Origin: Vicugna vicugna | Lineage: Eukaryota | Length of the DNA: 64,000 nucleotides | NCBI GenBank assembly: GCA_013265495.1 | Contig: MU058418.1 | Span: forward strand, 1,452,917 to 1,516,916 | Reading direction: 5' to 3' | Part shown: positions 1 to 10,510 of the stretch, in pieces | How the letters are laid out: each line of letters starts with the position of its first letter | Position numbering within the stretch: position 1 is the stretch's first letter | Notes under the pieces: model-generated | The model's input: the letters and a program-made list of their open reading frames with translations, nothing else | Told to the model about the DNA's origin: nothing | Database searches by the model: none | Made by a program: the position numbers and the translations under genes

Positions 1-167
1 CAGGCACCACCTCTGCGTCTGGGCAGCAGCTGCTTCTGCGGAGCCCTGCTCTTCTCAGACTGCAGTAGGGGTGCACCCCCTGGTCTTGGAGGTGCTTGGG
101 AATTCTGCAGGGTGACCACTGTGTAATCATAACATGTAAGATGAAGGATTCCGATGAAGAACCACTT

Positions 168-372
168 CTTGAGCACTTTATCTATGGAGCCGGGCACTTT
201 ACACTCGTGATCTCCACCGTCACATCCACCATGTGAGGTGGAAACAATTATTTATTCCCACTTTACAGATGAGAAAACTGGGGCTCAAAGGTGGTAAGAT
301 GCTTATTTAAGGTCCCCTGCCTTTAAATGATGGAGTTGGTATCTAAACCCAGGTCTGTCAGACTCCAAATCC
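168..372 (-). mobile_element. MIR SINE
   Basis: Reverse-oriented MIR core: cccactttacagatgagaaaactggggctca...aaacccaggtctgtcagactccaaa. Confidence 0.85.
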
Positions 373-545
373 TACTCAGAGTCCCTTCCCCTTTCTGCCT
401 CACACTAAAGATAAAATGATCAGCCTTCACTAGTGTATTTTGCGCCACCTGTTATGCTTATAGGCAATTGCTAGTGTAAATATTTATGCTAAGAGCAATG
501 TACTAATGATGTGAAAGAATCAAAAACCTTAAAACTCCTCACCTA

Positions 546-640
546 AAATAGGACCATGTCACTCCTGTTTTCAAAAATCGTCAGTGACTTCTCTACTCAC
601 CAGATCAAGTTCAAACTCTTCAGCCTGTAATACAAACCAC
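546..640 (+). mobile_element. L2 LINE fragment
   Basis: gaccatgtcactcctg...caaactcttcagcctg resembles the L2 3' region. Confidence 0.55.
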
Positions 641-1121
641 TAAAGAGAGTTTTGACAAAATGCCAAACTCCTGAGGCCCTTTTCTCTTTCAAAAATAACC
701 TTCAGTCTGAAAGGAGAAAATAGCTTGACTGAGTTGGAATTGGAACCCAAGGTTGATGAGAAGATGCCCGAGGAGCAGGACAGGGTTGGAGGGGAGTCCT
801 GCACTCCTTCCCCAACCTATGCACCCAGCCGAGGCCCAGACCTGGGAGAGCACGGGTGCCTAGCTTGCCCTGTAGCAGTTGTTAATCTTTCATAGAGTAT
901 AGCAAATATAAGAGAGCCCAATGGTGGGCAGAAGTCCTGGTTTTCAAAAGGGAAAACACTTTAGATTCTGCAGGAAGATGCAAACACTGTCTTTAAATGT
1001 GTGGGAGAATGAAGCAAGTGGTCCCTCTCTGTCCGGGGGGCTGGGGGTTAGGGAGGGTTGAAGAATTCTTCAAGTGCTTGATGGAGTCCTGGACATCCAC
1101 ATATGGTTCTCCCAGAGTGGG

Positions 1122-1321
1122 AGGCAGTAGAGTGTGCAGTTAAGAGCCCAACTTGAGACTTCAGAGCATGAATCCCAGCTGTGCCTTGGGCAAGCTGCTT
1201 AATCTCCTTGTCTGTTTCCTTATCTGTGAAATGGGATAATAATATTACCCCGTAAGAGGATTAAATGTGACAACATATGAAATAGTTTAGAACAAAGTCT
1301 GCCATATTCCATAAATGTTAG
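1122..1321 (+). mobile_element. MIR SINE
   Basis: gaatcccagctgtgccttgggcaag...gtttccttatctgtgaaatgggataataata...aggattaaatg. Confidence 0.88.
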
Positions 1322-1538
1322 GGTTTAAAAAATCAGAGAGTACCCAAAGCCTAAGGGAGTTGTCTCCAGAGTGCTGCTGACACCAGGTTCAGAAACCCCG
1401 AACCTCCCTCCCTGCCTTGCACATCCCTGGTCGTGAGCATCTGTGGGTCTGGGCCTGCCTCCTCTGCCCTCCTTCCTTGAGCCCCATGCTGTGAGAGCCC
1501 ACAAAAAGTCTTCAGTTAAAGAACAAACCACTCTGGCC

Positions 1539-1646
1539 CAGGCACATCCTTAACATGTGCAGGGGCTGCAGCCAGAGTATAAATGGCAGCCCCCATACAT
1601 GAAAGTTACAAATCAAACTAACAACTGCTAAAAAGAAATTATATAT

Positions 1647-1684
<38 letters not shown>

Positions 1685-2201
1685 TCTACCCTCAAAACTC
1701 AACATTTCCACCTTTATAACCACCTGGAAGGCCAGGTTCAAATGTAGAATTCTTAGAATTCTGCTCTGGAAACTCATGCATAGAAAGAGCTAGCTGTGGC
1801 CCCCAGGCCCTGACATACAGACTTGCCCCTTCTTTTCACTCCCCAGATGCACCCCGCACCATGAGGGGCTTCATGTGCAAGTGTGTGGCCACCCCAGCCA
1901 TGTGGTGTGTAAGCTATGTTAAAATTACAGCTCCCCATCCACCCCCACTCTCCTGCAAATGGTCAAAGGACCCTTGCACTATGGCACATTCACCTTTGGG
2001 AGGACAGACCAGGGGATGAGACCAATCAAGCCCTGCAAACACTCTCTAGGCTGTATGGGCAGGGAATTCCGGTGTCCTGGACACCCAGAGCATGAAGGGT
2101 GGTGGCCCTTCCAAGGGTTCTTGGAATCCTTGGCTTTTCAAGGTGAAGTCCAGAGCAGGGACCTCTCCCCTTCCCTCAGCTGAGGCCTGAGGGCAGCACT
2201 G
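1539..2201 (-). mobile_element. hAT-Tip100 non-autonomous DNA transposon, MER115-like, near full length
   Basis: Ends caggcacatccttaacatgtgcagggg... and ...gagggcagcactg match the recalled MER115 termini; internal aaagttacaaatcaaactaac. Confidence 0.7.
1646..1682. repeat. (GT)n microsatellite
   Basis: Direct GT dinucleotide run. Confidence 0.97.
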
Positions 2202-2499
2202 TGCTCGTTAGCCCTTGAAATTCTGCCTGCCTCCCCTCCAGCTGCTGCCCATCCTGCCCTGCCCAGAGAGATGGGTTTAGAGTGGGGGCTGTGTGTTTGC
2301 CTTCTAGAAGCCCTACTTAGAAAGAGGGAGGAAGATCTCTCTACCCCAAGGTCAGTTTAGAGAGTGACAGGTGGTGACGCCTGGAGAGAGAGAAGGAGAG
2401 CAGGGGCACAGCCTGAGGCCCGCAGCCAGGGAACCAGCAGCTCTGAGCCTGGGGAGGCTTCAACATGGGGAGGCCAGGCTGTGTCGAGACTGCTGGTCT

Positions 2500-3010
2500 C
2501 CAGTGCTGGGCCTGAGCCCACTTACCCCCAGGCCTGCTCCTCAGCCTCCCCTCTGCTCTGCTTGTCAGGGAGCAGGCCCTGTAGGCTGTGCTTCCCAGGG
2601 GGCCGGGTCAGCAGACTGCCAGCCTGGTGCTGCCAGTTGGAGGCTTGGCAAGAGACTGGAGTGTGGGTGGGTGGAGGGAGGAGGAAGCACCGTATTCTTC
2701 CTCTCCTTCTTGGCCTCAGATGTCATCTTTGGCAACTGTCTCTCCTGTGACCCTGACTCCTGTGGTGGCCTCAGTTTCCTCCCAGTGACCTCGGTGCTTG
2801 GCCTTGGAGAGCCCGCCTCTTCCCTGTGTCTCTGCAGCCTCGGGCAGTGGTGGCTTCCTACTGATCTCTCATCTCTGGGTTGCCTCACTGTCCTCTGGTT
2901 GACTTCCTAATCTTTTCTGTCACCTGTGCACCTGTGTAATCAATTTCTTGCATTAAATTCTTCCTGTTTTACATCCTCCGAAGTCAGTTTCTGTTTTCCT
3001 AACACTGAAA
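2500..3010 (+). mobile_element. ERVL solo LTR, LTR33-like
   Basis: ctctgctctgc...ccctgtaggctgtgcttcccagg...gagggaggaggaagc...cattaaattcttcctgttt...tttctgttttcct; explains the GC-rich ORFs at 2364-2910. Confidence 0.7.
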
Positions 3011-3029
3011 TCAGTATGCACTGAGCACT

Positions 3030-3200
3030 GTTACATATTAGTTGGTTTCATATAGCATCAGTTTTATTATTCAGACCCAAATTCATGGATGTAACAGTCA
3101 TTTCTATAGAGAGGAAACTGTCTAGGAGGCTACATGATTTTCTAAGCTAATAAGTGGTAGAGCAATGAGGATTTCAGTCTGTTTCACTCCCAAGTCTGTT
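3030..3200 (-). mobile_element. MIR SINE (degenerate)
   Basis: catttctatagagaggaaactg...taagtggtagagc. Confidence 0.6.
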
Positions 3201-5880
3201 GTTTTTCTAATGTGCCTTCCTGCCTTTTGGAAACAATTCTTGGACAACTGTCTTGGACTCCCACTTGATGTACTGTGGGCGGCAGTGGAAGGAGAGTTCG
3301 GGGCTGAGACCGGCCCTGGCCTCCAGCAGCCATCTCCTCATTGCTAGGGAGCCCTAAATAAATATAACTTTTTAAACTCTCGTTTTCAGTATTTTCAGAA
3401 AATCTGAATAGAAAGAAATCTCAGAGTCCATGCGAGACTGCCATTCAGACTGCTGGACATAGAGTTAAAATGTGAGGCTTAATGGAAAGCTGGATGAGAT
3501 ACTATGATTTTTTGAGAAACAAGAAGCCAGGCTGAAGGGAAATGCCCACTCTTTTTAGACAACATGTAGATTTAATCTACTTAATACCAAAGCAAATAAT
3601 TCTGCCCTTCTCTCTCTCCCTCTCTCTGTTCCTCCCTGTTTTTGTCGTCACTTATCTCTTAAAACCTTAAATCAGTGTCTCCCAGGCAAGTCTGTTGCCT
3701 CACAAGCTAGACTGGGGTGATTTGTTCCCAAGGCAAGGAACTCTGGTCTTTTCCCAATTCGTGGAGTGGGAGGTGGGGGAGGGTAGAGAAGGTGGGGAGT
3801 AACTTCATGGTACAGTTTTTCTCAGCTTTAAGAATTCTTGTGTTTAATTTTCCACCTGAAACACTTACGTGGACTAGACTCTAGTGCAAGGTGCAATCTG
3901 ATTTATGGCAGGACTCCAGTCATTCTTCCCCCAAACAAGGTCCTAAACTGCTGCCTGCAGAAGTGTGCCAAGACACCAGCTGTGCACCATTCAGATTCTG
4001 GTTCACAATTTTCATTGTGCAGTGTGGCTATGGTGACCTGCTGCTTCCCAGACCTGCCCATCCCCAGCTCATCTGACCTTCTGCAGACACCTTTGCACAC
4101 CAGACCAGGAGGCCTCCTAGCCCCCATCTTGGTTCAGAAAAAATTGTTGTACCAGGCAGTGGAACCTGTCTCAGGTAGGAAGACCCATATACATCTCATA
4201 GTCTGTTGTTCTGGAATGAGCTGGCAGCGTCAAAAGGATTTAGGAAGTGCCTTCCTTGCTCGGGTATGGGGAGAGAGACTCTGTTGCTTGTCAGGGAAGT
4301 CTTCTTTCTCTCTCTGACTCCTTGAATGAACTCAAAAGGGAGCTAAGACCTATGAGTAGAATGTTAAAGCTCACCAATTTCACCTTTTGAGCCTGGCCAT
4401 GGTGGGGAGTCCATGTAGGTCCACGGCCAAGGAGTGGAGGAGGGATACCAGCTCCAGTTTAGGATGGGGAATCTGAATATTTCCCCTGGAGTCCGAGGTA
4501 CCCCCACCCCACTGTTTGCTGATGACCTGCTGCATGGGAGATGATGCTCATCAAATTAGACTATCTCTCTGTGTGCTAGGGGAAAAAATCAATTTCCTGG
4601 GAATCAATAGTTGGTGGCATTTGAGGATTCCATCCCAAACCCCACCTCATTATACCAGGCTACTGAGTTCAATATTTGCACCCCAGCCAGAGAGGGGTTA
4701 ATGGGATCCACATCCATCCTGTAGGTGAGTGTCTTTTATCAGTTCGAATAAGTCACCAGTATTGGCAGGTTGCAGGCCAATTTTTCAGAACAGCCAATAT
4801 TTAATAGACTACCTCAGATGATTAAGTGAAATCATTTCTTGGAGTGGTCCCAGATGGAGCTCTAAAAGTTGTCTCAGCTAATTATCTCAAAACGAAATGA
4901 GAGAATCATAATGCCACTTGCCAGTTTAAAGCTGGTTTCTGCCAAGATTAGGACTTCTAAATCTCGACTCTCATGCCCAGAAGGTCTATGGTAAGGCCAC
5001 AGTGGGATAGTGAGCGCCTTAGGTTTACAAATGCACACAAAGTTGTGTGCATTTATATTTGTGTTCATCAGATTCCCAAGTAGATCTAGGAACCTACAGA
5101 GAATAAGACTGCCAACCTGGATTTTGGGAGCCATTTATTTTATAGGTCCATTTCTACAGTCTCTGATTTATTTTTCATTTTGATCTCTGCTTTTTATTCC
5201 CTTACTCTAGGTGGCCTTTATATATGGACCACTGGACCCAAGAAAGCTGCTAGATGATTCATTAAGTTGTTTTGTTATTAAGAAAGAAGCTGCATCATTT
5301 GTTTGGGGGAGCTAACAGTTCACTGCCTGTTGCTCCCTTCCCTGCCCAACATTAAGACATTCAAATCTAAACTTGGAAGAGTGTGGTGATGTTCAGCATA
5401 TTCAAAATAAAGGCACTCCTGAGAGTTCCCCCCTCCACCCATATATTACATTTAAAGTCAGATTTCCACACATCTGAGGCCAGTGTCTGCTGCGTGTCTC
5501 AGGAGGATTACTGAATTACACTCAGCTTCCTGTGATGAGGTCTTTTCTTCCCCACACTCGGGCAATTACTTGCCAATTAATACAATTGAGTAACCACCTT
5601 ATGACAACTTTAAATTCTGAGTATCAGGGTAACATTTTCCCCACCCTCCTTTACCCACAATTTCCTGAATTTTCAAGGCTTGTGTTATCCCCCCTTCCCT
5701 TCTCATTCAGCTTAAACCTGGGCAGGGCTAGGAGTAGTGGAGAATATTCATGTGAACATCTGAGTGGAGGACTTCTGCCTACTTCCTCTCTAAAGGCACA
5801 GGTCAGATGTAGGCAGTAAGGTCAACAAGGGCTTTGGGAAAAGCTTTATGAATCTGAAAGCTGTCATGTTCCAAGCCCCG

Positions 5881-5948
5881 GATTGCAGAAATGAGTGACA
5901 GTTACCTCCTGGCAGATTGCAGAAATGAGTGACAGTTACCTCCTGGCA
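5881..5948. repeat. Perfect 34-bp tandem duplication
   Basis: gattgcagaaatgagtgacagttacctcctggca occurs twice, at 5881-5914 and 5915-5948. Confidence 0.98.
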
Positions 5949-6059
5949 GTATCTGGTGTCTCCAGAAAACAAAGACCTTTTGTTCGGAAAGTTCTTTAAC
6001 ACCTACACATTCATTCCCTCTTGCCCCCCAGGGCCCACCTGGAAGGGATGTTAGATGGG

Positions 6060-6070
6060 GTGAGTCAGCA
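6060..6070 (+). promoter_or_regulatory. NF-E2/NRF2/BACH (ARE/MARE) motif containing an AP-1 site
   Basis: GTGAGTCAGCA is an exact match to RTGASTCAGCA; motif only, function unproven. Confidence 0.35.
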
Positions 6071-6194
6071 GCACCAGCATGGTGCCATCTTCCTGGAGGA
6101 ACTTGCACCTGTGTCTCTGTCCCTTTTTGTCCCAGTGACCATCTCACCTCAGGTGGATGGAGGCAACCATGATGACCTTCCACCCTAGGTCCAG

Positions 6195-6400
6195 AAGACT
6201 GAACTCTCTTACTCTCCCATTAGCTGTGTGATCTTGGACAAGTCTCTTAACTTCTCCCACTGCTATCAAATGGAGATGATGGTGCCTGCAGTACAGGGAA
6301 GTTGAGATGAGTAATTCAGGTGAAATACACAAAAGTAGTTTGCATTCTCTGTTAGGTTTCTTCTCATTTGTAAAATAGGGATAATACTGCCTAACAATAA
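6195..6400 (+). mobile_element. MIR SINE fragments
   Basis: ttagctgtgtgatcttggacaagtctcttaacttctc and tttcttctcatttgtaaaatagggataata. Confidence 0.75.
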
Positions 6401-6545
6401 TGTAATCCTACTTAGTGATTGCTTACTAAGGGCTGAGCTCTGTGGAAGGCTGCAAGGTGTGAATATGCCTGAATTTTTCTAAAAATGTTTGATTTGAAGG
6501 TTAAAACTTTTGAAATGTGATGCCACTAAGGCATAAGTAAAACTA

Positions 6546-6822
6546 TATCAGGCTTTCCTAAAGTTTGTCCTTTTAGAACAAAAGAGAAAGTGAACTGAGA
6601 GAGCCCTGAAATCAAATACGTTTGGGAACCTCTACAGCCTGTATATCCCTCTTGGAGATTCACATTGCACATTAGCATCTTAAAGTCCTGTGATTTTAAA
6701 AATGATGTTTATGATAAACTTGGTATTTGCACACTTACTTGACCACTTAATAAAAAGGACCCTTTTATTCATGTCACACTTTTCATATCTCTGATTTGAT
6801 ACAACATACTTTGAGATATGCT
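6546..6822. mobile_element. hAT-Charlie DNA transposon remnant (Charlie4z-like)
   Basis: ttggagattcacattgcacattagcatcttaaag...acttacttgaccac...catactttgagatatgct. Confidence 0.55.
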
Positions 6823-7099
6823 AAATTATCCTACTTCCAGTGTAAGCTACCCAAGGATTAGATGACACCAATTGCTGTGATAATTTTGGAAATTCAAAAT
6901 GGGGTTGTTCTGTGACTATACATTTAGTCATCAGGAATTTTTTTAACCTATGATTGGGAAAGATGGACTTCTCGGGAAAGATGGGTTCTGTACCTTCTGG
7001 ATTCAGATATACCAGCATCTTGTTTAACCAAAAAAATAATGTAATTTTTGGATGTATATAGATGCAAGAGTGTCTGTTTTTATATATGCTACCCACTAT

Positions 7100-7280
7100 G
7101 TGTGTATCTTTCTTTTTAATCTTCACCACAACAAGATAGGTATTATTTCAAGATAGGTGTTATTTTCTCCATGTTAACAGATGAGCAGAGTGAGGCTCAA
7201 AGTCATAAACTTGCTTGTAGTAACATGTACAACTGAGTCTCAAAGTCCGGGTCAGCTGACTGAAAAGTTGTGCTCTTTCT
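7100..7280 (-). mobile_element. MIR SINE with a 17-bp internal tandem duplication
   Basis: ccatgttaacagatgagcagagtgaggctca; caagataggt(a/g)ttattt twice at 7132-7165. Confidence 0.7.
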
Positions 7281-7396
7281 AATCCTTCTATCACGTTCAC
7301 TCCTCTTCACCAAGATGTCTGGAGCTTTCTATAGATCTCATACTCCACACCTTTTCTTGCCTCCATCATACCTCCATAGAGTTACACCTGTCCTAG

Positions 7397-7722
7397 TGTT
7401 GTAGACTGAATGTTTGTGTCTCCCCAAAATTGGTATGTTGAAACCTAATCCCCAGGGTGATGGTATTAGGAGGTGGGGCCACTGGGAGAGAATGAGTTCA
7501 TAAGGGTGGAGCATAAAAGAGGTCCCAGAGAGCTCCCTCATCCCTTCTGCCATGTGAAAACACAGTCATCTGTGAATCAGGAAGTGAGCCGTCACCAGAC
7601 ATTGAATCTGCTAGTACCTTGATCTTGGGCTTCCCAGCCTCCACAACTGAGAAATAAGTTATGTTGTTTAATACCACCCCAACTCTGGTATTTTGATATA
7701 GCAGCCTGAAAGGACTAAGATG
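7397..7722 (+). mobile_element. MaLR solo LTR, MLT1A/MLT1A0-like
   Basis: tgttgtagactgaatgtttgtgtctcccc...ccttgatcttgggcttcccagcctcc...gcagcctgaaaggactaaga; flanked by cctag/cttag 5-bp TSD. Confidence 0.9.
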
Positions 7723-7727
7723 CTTAG

Positions 7728-9203
7728 GAGGAAAACCATCTAATCATTTTAACCAGTGACAAAAAAGCATTTGATAAAATTCAGCACCCATTCATGCTAA
7801 AAACTGAGCAACTAGAAACTTCAAGTTCATAAAAAGCATCTACAAAAACCCAATAGCTAACATTATACTTAACAGTGAAAGATTAAACTTTCTCCCTAAG
7901 ATCAGAAACAAGGCAAGGATGCCTGCTTTCACTTATATTCAGTGTTATACCAGAGAGCCTAGACATTGCAATCAGACAAGAAAAAGAAATAAAAGGCATA
8001 AAGATTAAGAAAGAACAAATAAAACTGTCCCTATTTGCAGATGTTATAATTGTTTGTATATAAAATCCCAAAGAATCTATAATAGAACTAATAGATCTAA
8101 TAAATGAATTTAGTACAGTTGCAGAATATAAAATTATTATAAGAAAATCATAGTGTATTCTTTTACACTAGCAGCAATTGGAAAATGAGGTTTTAAAAAA
8201 GCAATTCCATTTATAATGGCACCACAAAACATAAAGAAGTTATGAATAAATCTAATAAAAGATGTTTGAGTCTTCGATGCTGAGAACTACAGATTGTCAC
8301 TGAGAGTAATTAAAGAGGATAAAATTAAACGGAAAGCTATATATTGTGTGTTCATTGATTGGAAGACTCAATATTCTCCTTAAATTGATTTACAGATTCA
8401 GTGTATTCTCAATCAAAATCCCAGGAAGATCTTTTGTAAAAATTCACAAGCTTATTCTAAAATGTATATGGAAATGTAAAGGACATAGAATAACTAAAGC
8501 TAACTTTAAAAAGAACGAAATTGGAGAACTTACTCTACCTAATTTCAAGACATTGTAGAGTCACAGTAATCAAGATAGCTTAGTGTACCTACTTTGAAAA
8601 ATAGTTTGGTAGTCTCTTAAAAAGCTAAATATCCACCTGCCAAATGACCCACGTATTCTATTCCTGGGTATTTACCCAAGAGAAATGAAAACATATGTCT
8701 ACAGAAGGCTGTACACAAACATTCATAGCAGCCTTATTTGAAATGATTCCAAATGGGTAACAACCAAAATGTTTATCATAGGTAATGGATAAAGAAATTG
8801 TAGTATATCAATAATAGAATGCTTCTTAGCAAGAAAGGGAACAATTACTACATGCACAAACATGGATGAATCTTAAAATTATTAGGCTGACTGAAAGAAG
8901 CCAGACACCTCCTCCTAAAAATACATACAGTATGATTCCATTTATTTAAAGTTTTTAAACATGCACCCTAATCTATTGTGATAGAAAGCAGATCAGCGGC
9001 TGCCTTAGGACGGAGGTAGAGAAAGGGGTAGGTTACACAGGGGCACAAGGAAACCTTTGGCGGTTACGGAAGTAAACTGTTCATTATCTTGATTGTGGTA
9101 ATAGTTTCATGGGGTAAACTTTTGCCCAAACTCATCAACTTGTATAATTTTAATTTTTGCAGTTTATTGAATATCAGTTAACCTTAGCAAAGTTGAAAAA
9201 AAA
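7728..9203 (+). mobile_element. Ancient L1 (L1ME-like), 5'-truncated; decayed ORF2 RT region, internal deletion near 8585, 3' UTR and A tail
   Basis: aaagcatttgataaaattcagcacccattcatg and ctatttgcagatg (LFAD motif); ORF 8346-8558 resembles L1 ORF2 (KLILKCIWKCK...LTLPNFK); flanking TSD. Confidence 0.93.
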
Positions 9204-9654
9204 TTACACCTTTCCTGGCCCATTTGTTCAGAGCTTGTTCCCAGTTTCCTAAGGATCAGTTCATCAAGTAGTAAAATAACTTAAGAGACTTTTGAGAACT
9301 TAAAGAAGAGGGACTGCTAAAAGCATGAAGTTCTGTCAAGATGAGTTTTGCTTTCTTTTTATAAAGGGCTCTCGGCTTGGGAGAGCAAAGGAGCGTGTAA
9401 GTACTGGTTGAAGGAACATTAACAGGCATTTGATGTGCTCCCATGGTGCCTGGTGAACAGGACCTGGAGATGTGGAGGTGCACGGGCTGCAAGAAGACGC
9501 AGGTGGATGACCCAGATGGTGTGGATGAAGGCCCTGACATCACCCAGAGGGTGGTGTCTGCTGACAGCCACCTGCCTCTGCCCTGGCCCACTTCTGCTTG
9601 GCATTTCATCAGTGACTTAAATGAGAACGTAAATTATATGCTTGTTAATTACAA

Positions 9655-10072
9655 ATTCAGCAAATATCGACTAAGTCCTACAATGTGACAAGCACTGTGC
9701 TGGCCCTGCATGGATAGATCTTGGGAGGAGGTGACTGGACCACCTAGAGCTTGAACACGAAAGAAAAGCACTGAGACATACACACTCACAATTACCCCCA
9801 TTTAAAAGCTTGATTTGACACAAATAGCTTGGCATACAAGAGTGAGCTAGGACAAATGAGTGTGAGGGCTTGAGGACCTGAGGTCTAGACGAGTCTGGCC
9901 TTGGGTGATTTGGGCTTTGACTGTGAGAGGAGGGCAGTGATGAAGGATAGAGAGCAGGGGTGTGACATGGGCAGGTTGGTGGTTTGAACAGATTTCTCTG
10001 GGCAGTGAAGAGGAGATAATGAAGTCAGAGGAGGCTGGTGGCCCAGGAAAGAGAGAACAGGGCCTGAGCTGG
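9655..10072 (-). mobile_element. L2 LINE fragments
   Basis: attcagcaaatatcgactaagtcctac...aagcactgtgct; gagcaggggtgtgacatg. Confidence 0.6.
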
Positions 10073-10304
10073 ACAAGGGGTGGTGGCCTCACACACAGCC
10101 TCCCAAATGTGTTCCTCAACCCTGGCCTCAGTTCCTATTACAGTAGCCTGTGACACTAAGCTGTCTCCCAGGCGAGAGGAGGCAGCAGGTCTCCTGCCCC
10201 TTGTCCCTCCCCACCCTCCAGCTCAGGCTATTCCTGTCCCGGTACGTGACTGTGAGCATCATGTGTCTGAGCTTATCTCTGAATGTCCCAACCTGGGCCT
10301 CTTA

Positions 10305-10510
10305 AAAAAGTGTGTGGATTTTGGCGTTAACAGATCTGGCTACAAATCTTGGCTCCATTGCTTACTAGCTATGACTTTGGGCAAGATACTTAACTTCTCT
10401 GTGCTTGTTTTTACATCTGTAAAATGAGGATGATAATAAGAGTTAGTACTCGTAAGAGTGCTGTGAACCTTAAATGTATTCATTGTATGTGCAGTGGTTT
10501 AGATGAGTGA
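10305..10510 (+). mobile_element. MIR SINE
   Basis: cttactagctatgactttgggcaagatacttaacttctctgtgc...catctgtaaaatgaggatgataata. Confidence 0.9.

Noticed and set aside
2364..2910. Overlapping 128-179 aa ORFs
   Set aside because: They lie in a GC-rich LTR33-like remnant and show no recognisable domain.
3838..4317. 159-aa ORF and exon-like unit at about 4087-4174
   Set aside because: Non-ATG start, no recognisable homology, and no partner exons.
5881..5948. 34-bp direct repeats as a CRISPR-like array
   Set aside because: Only two adjacent copies with no spacer, no cas genes, and a mammalian context.
8346..8558. ORF with real protein similarity
   Set aside because: Decayed L1 ORF2 fragment, not a host gene.
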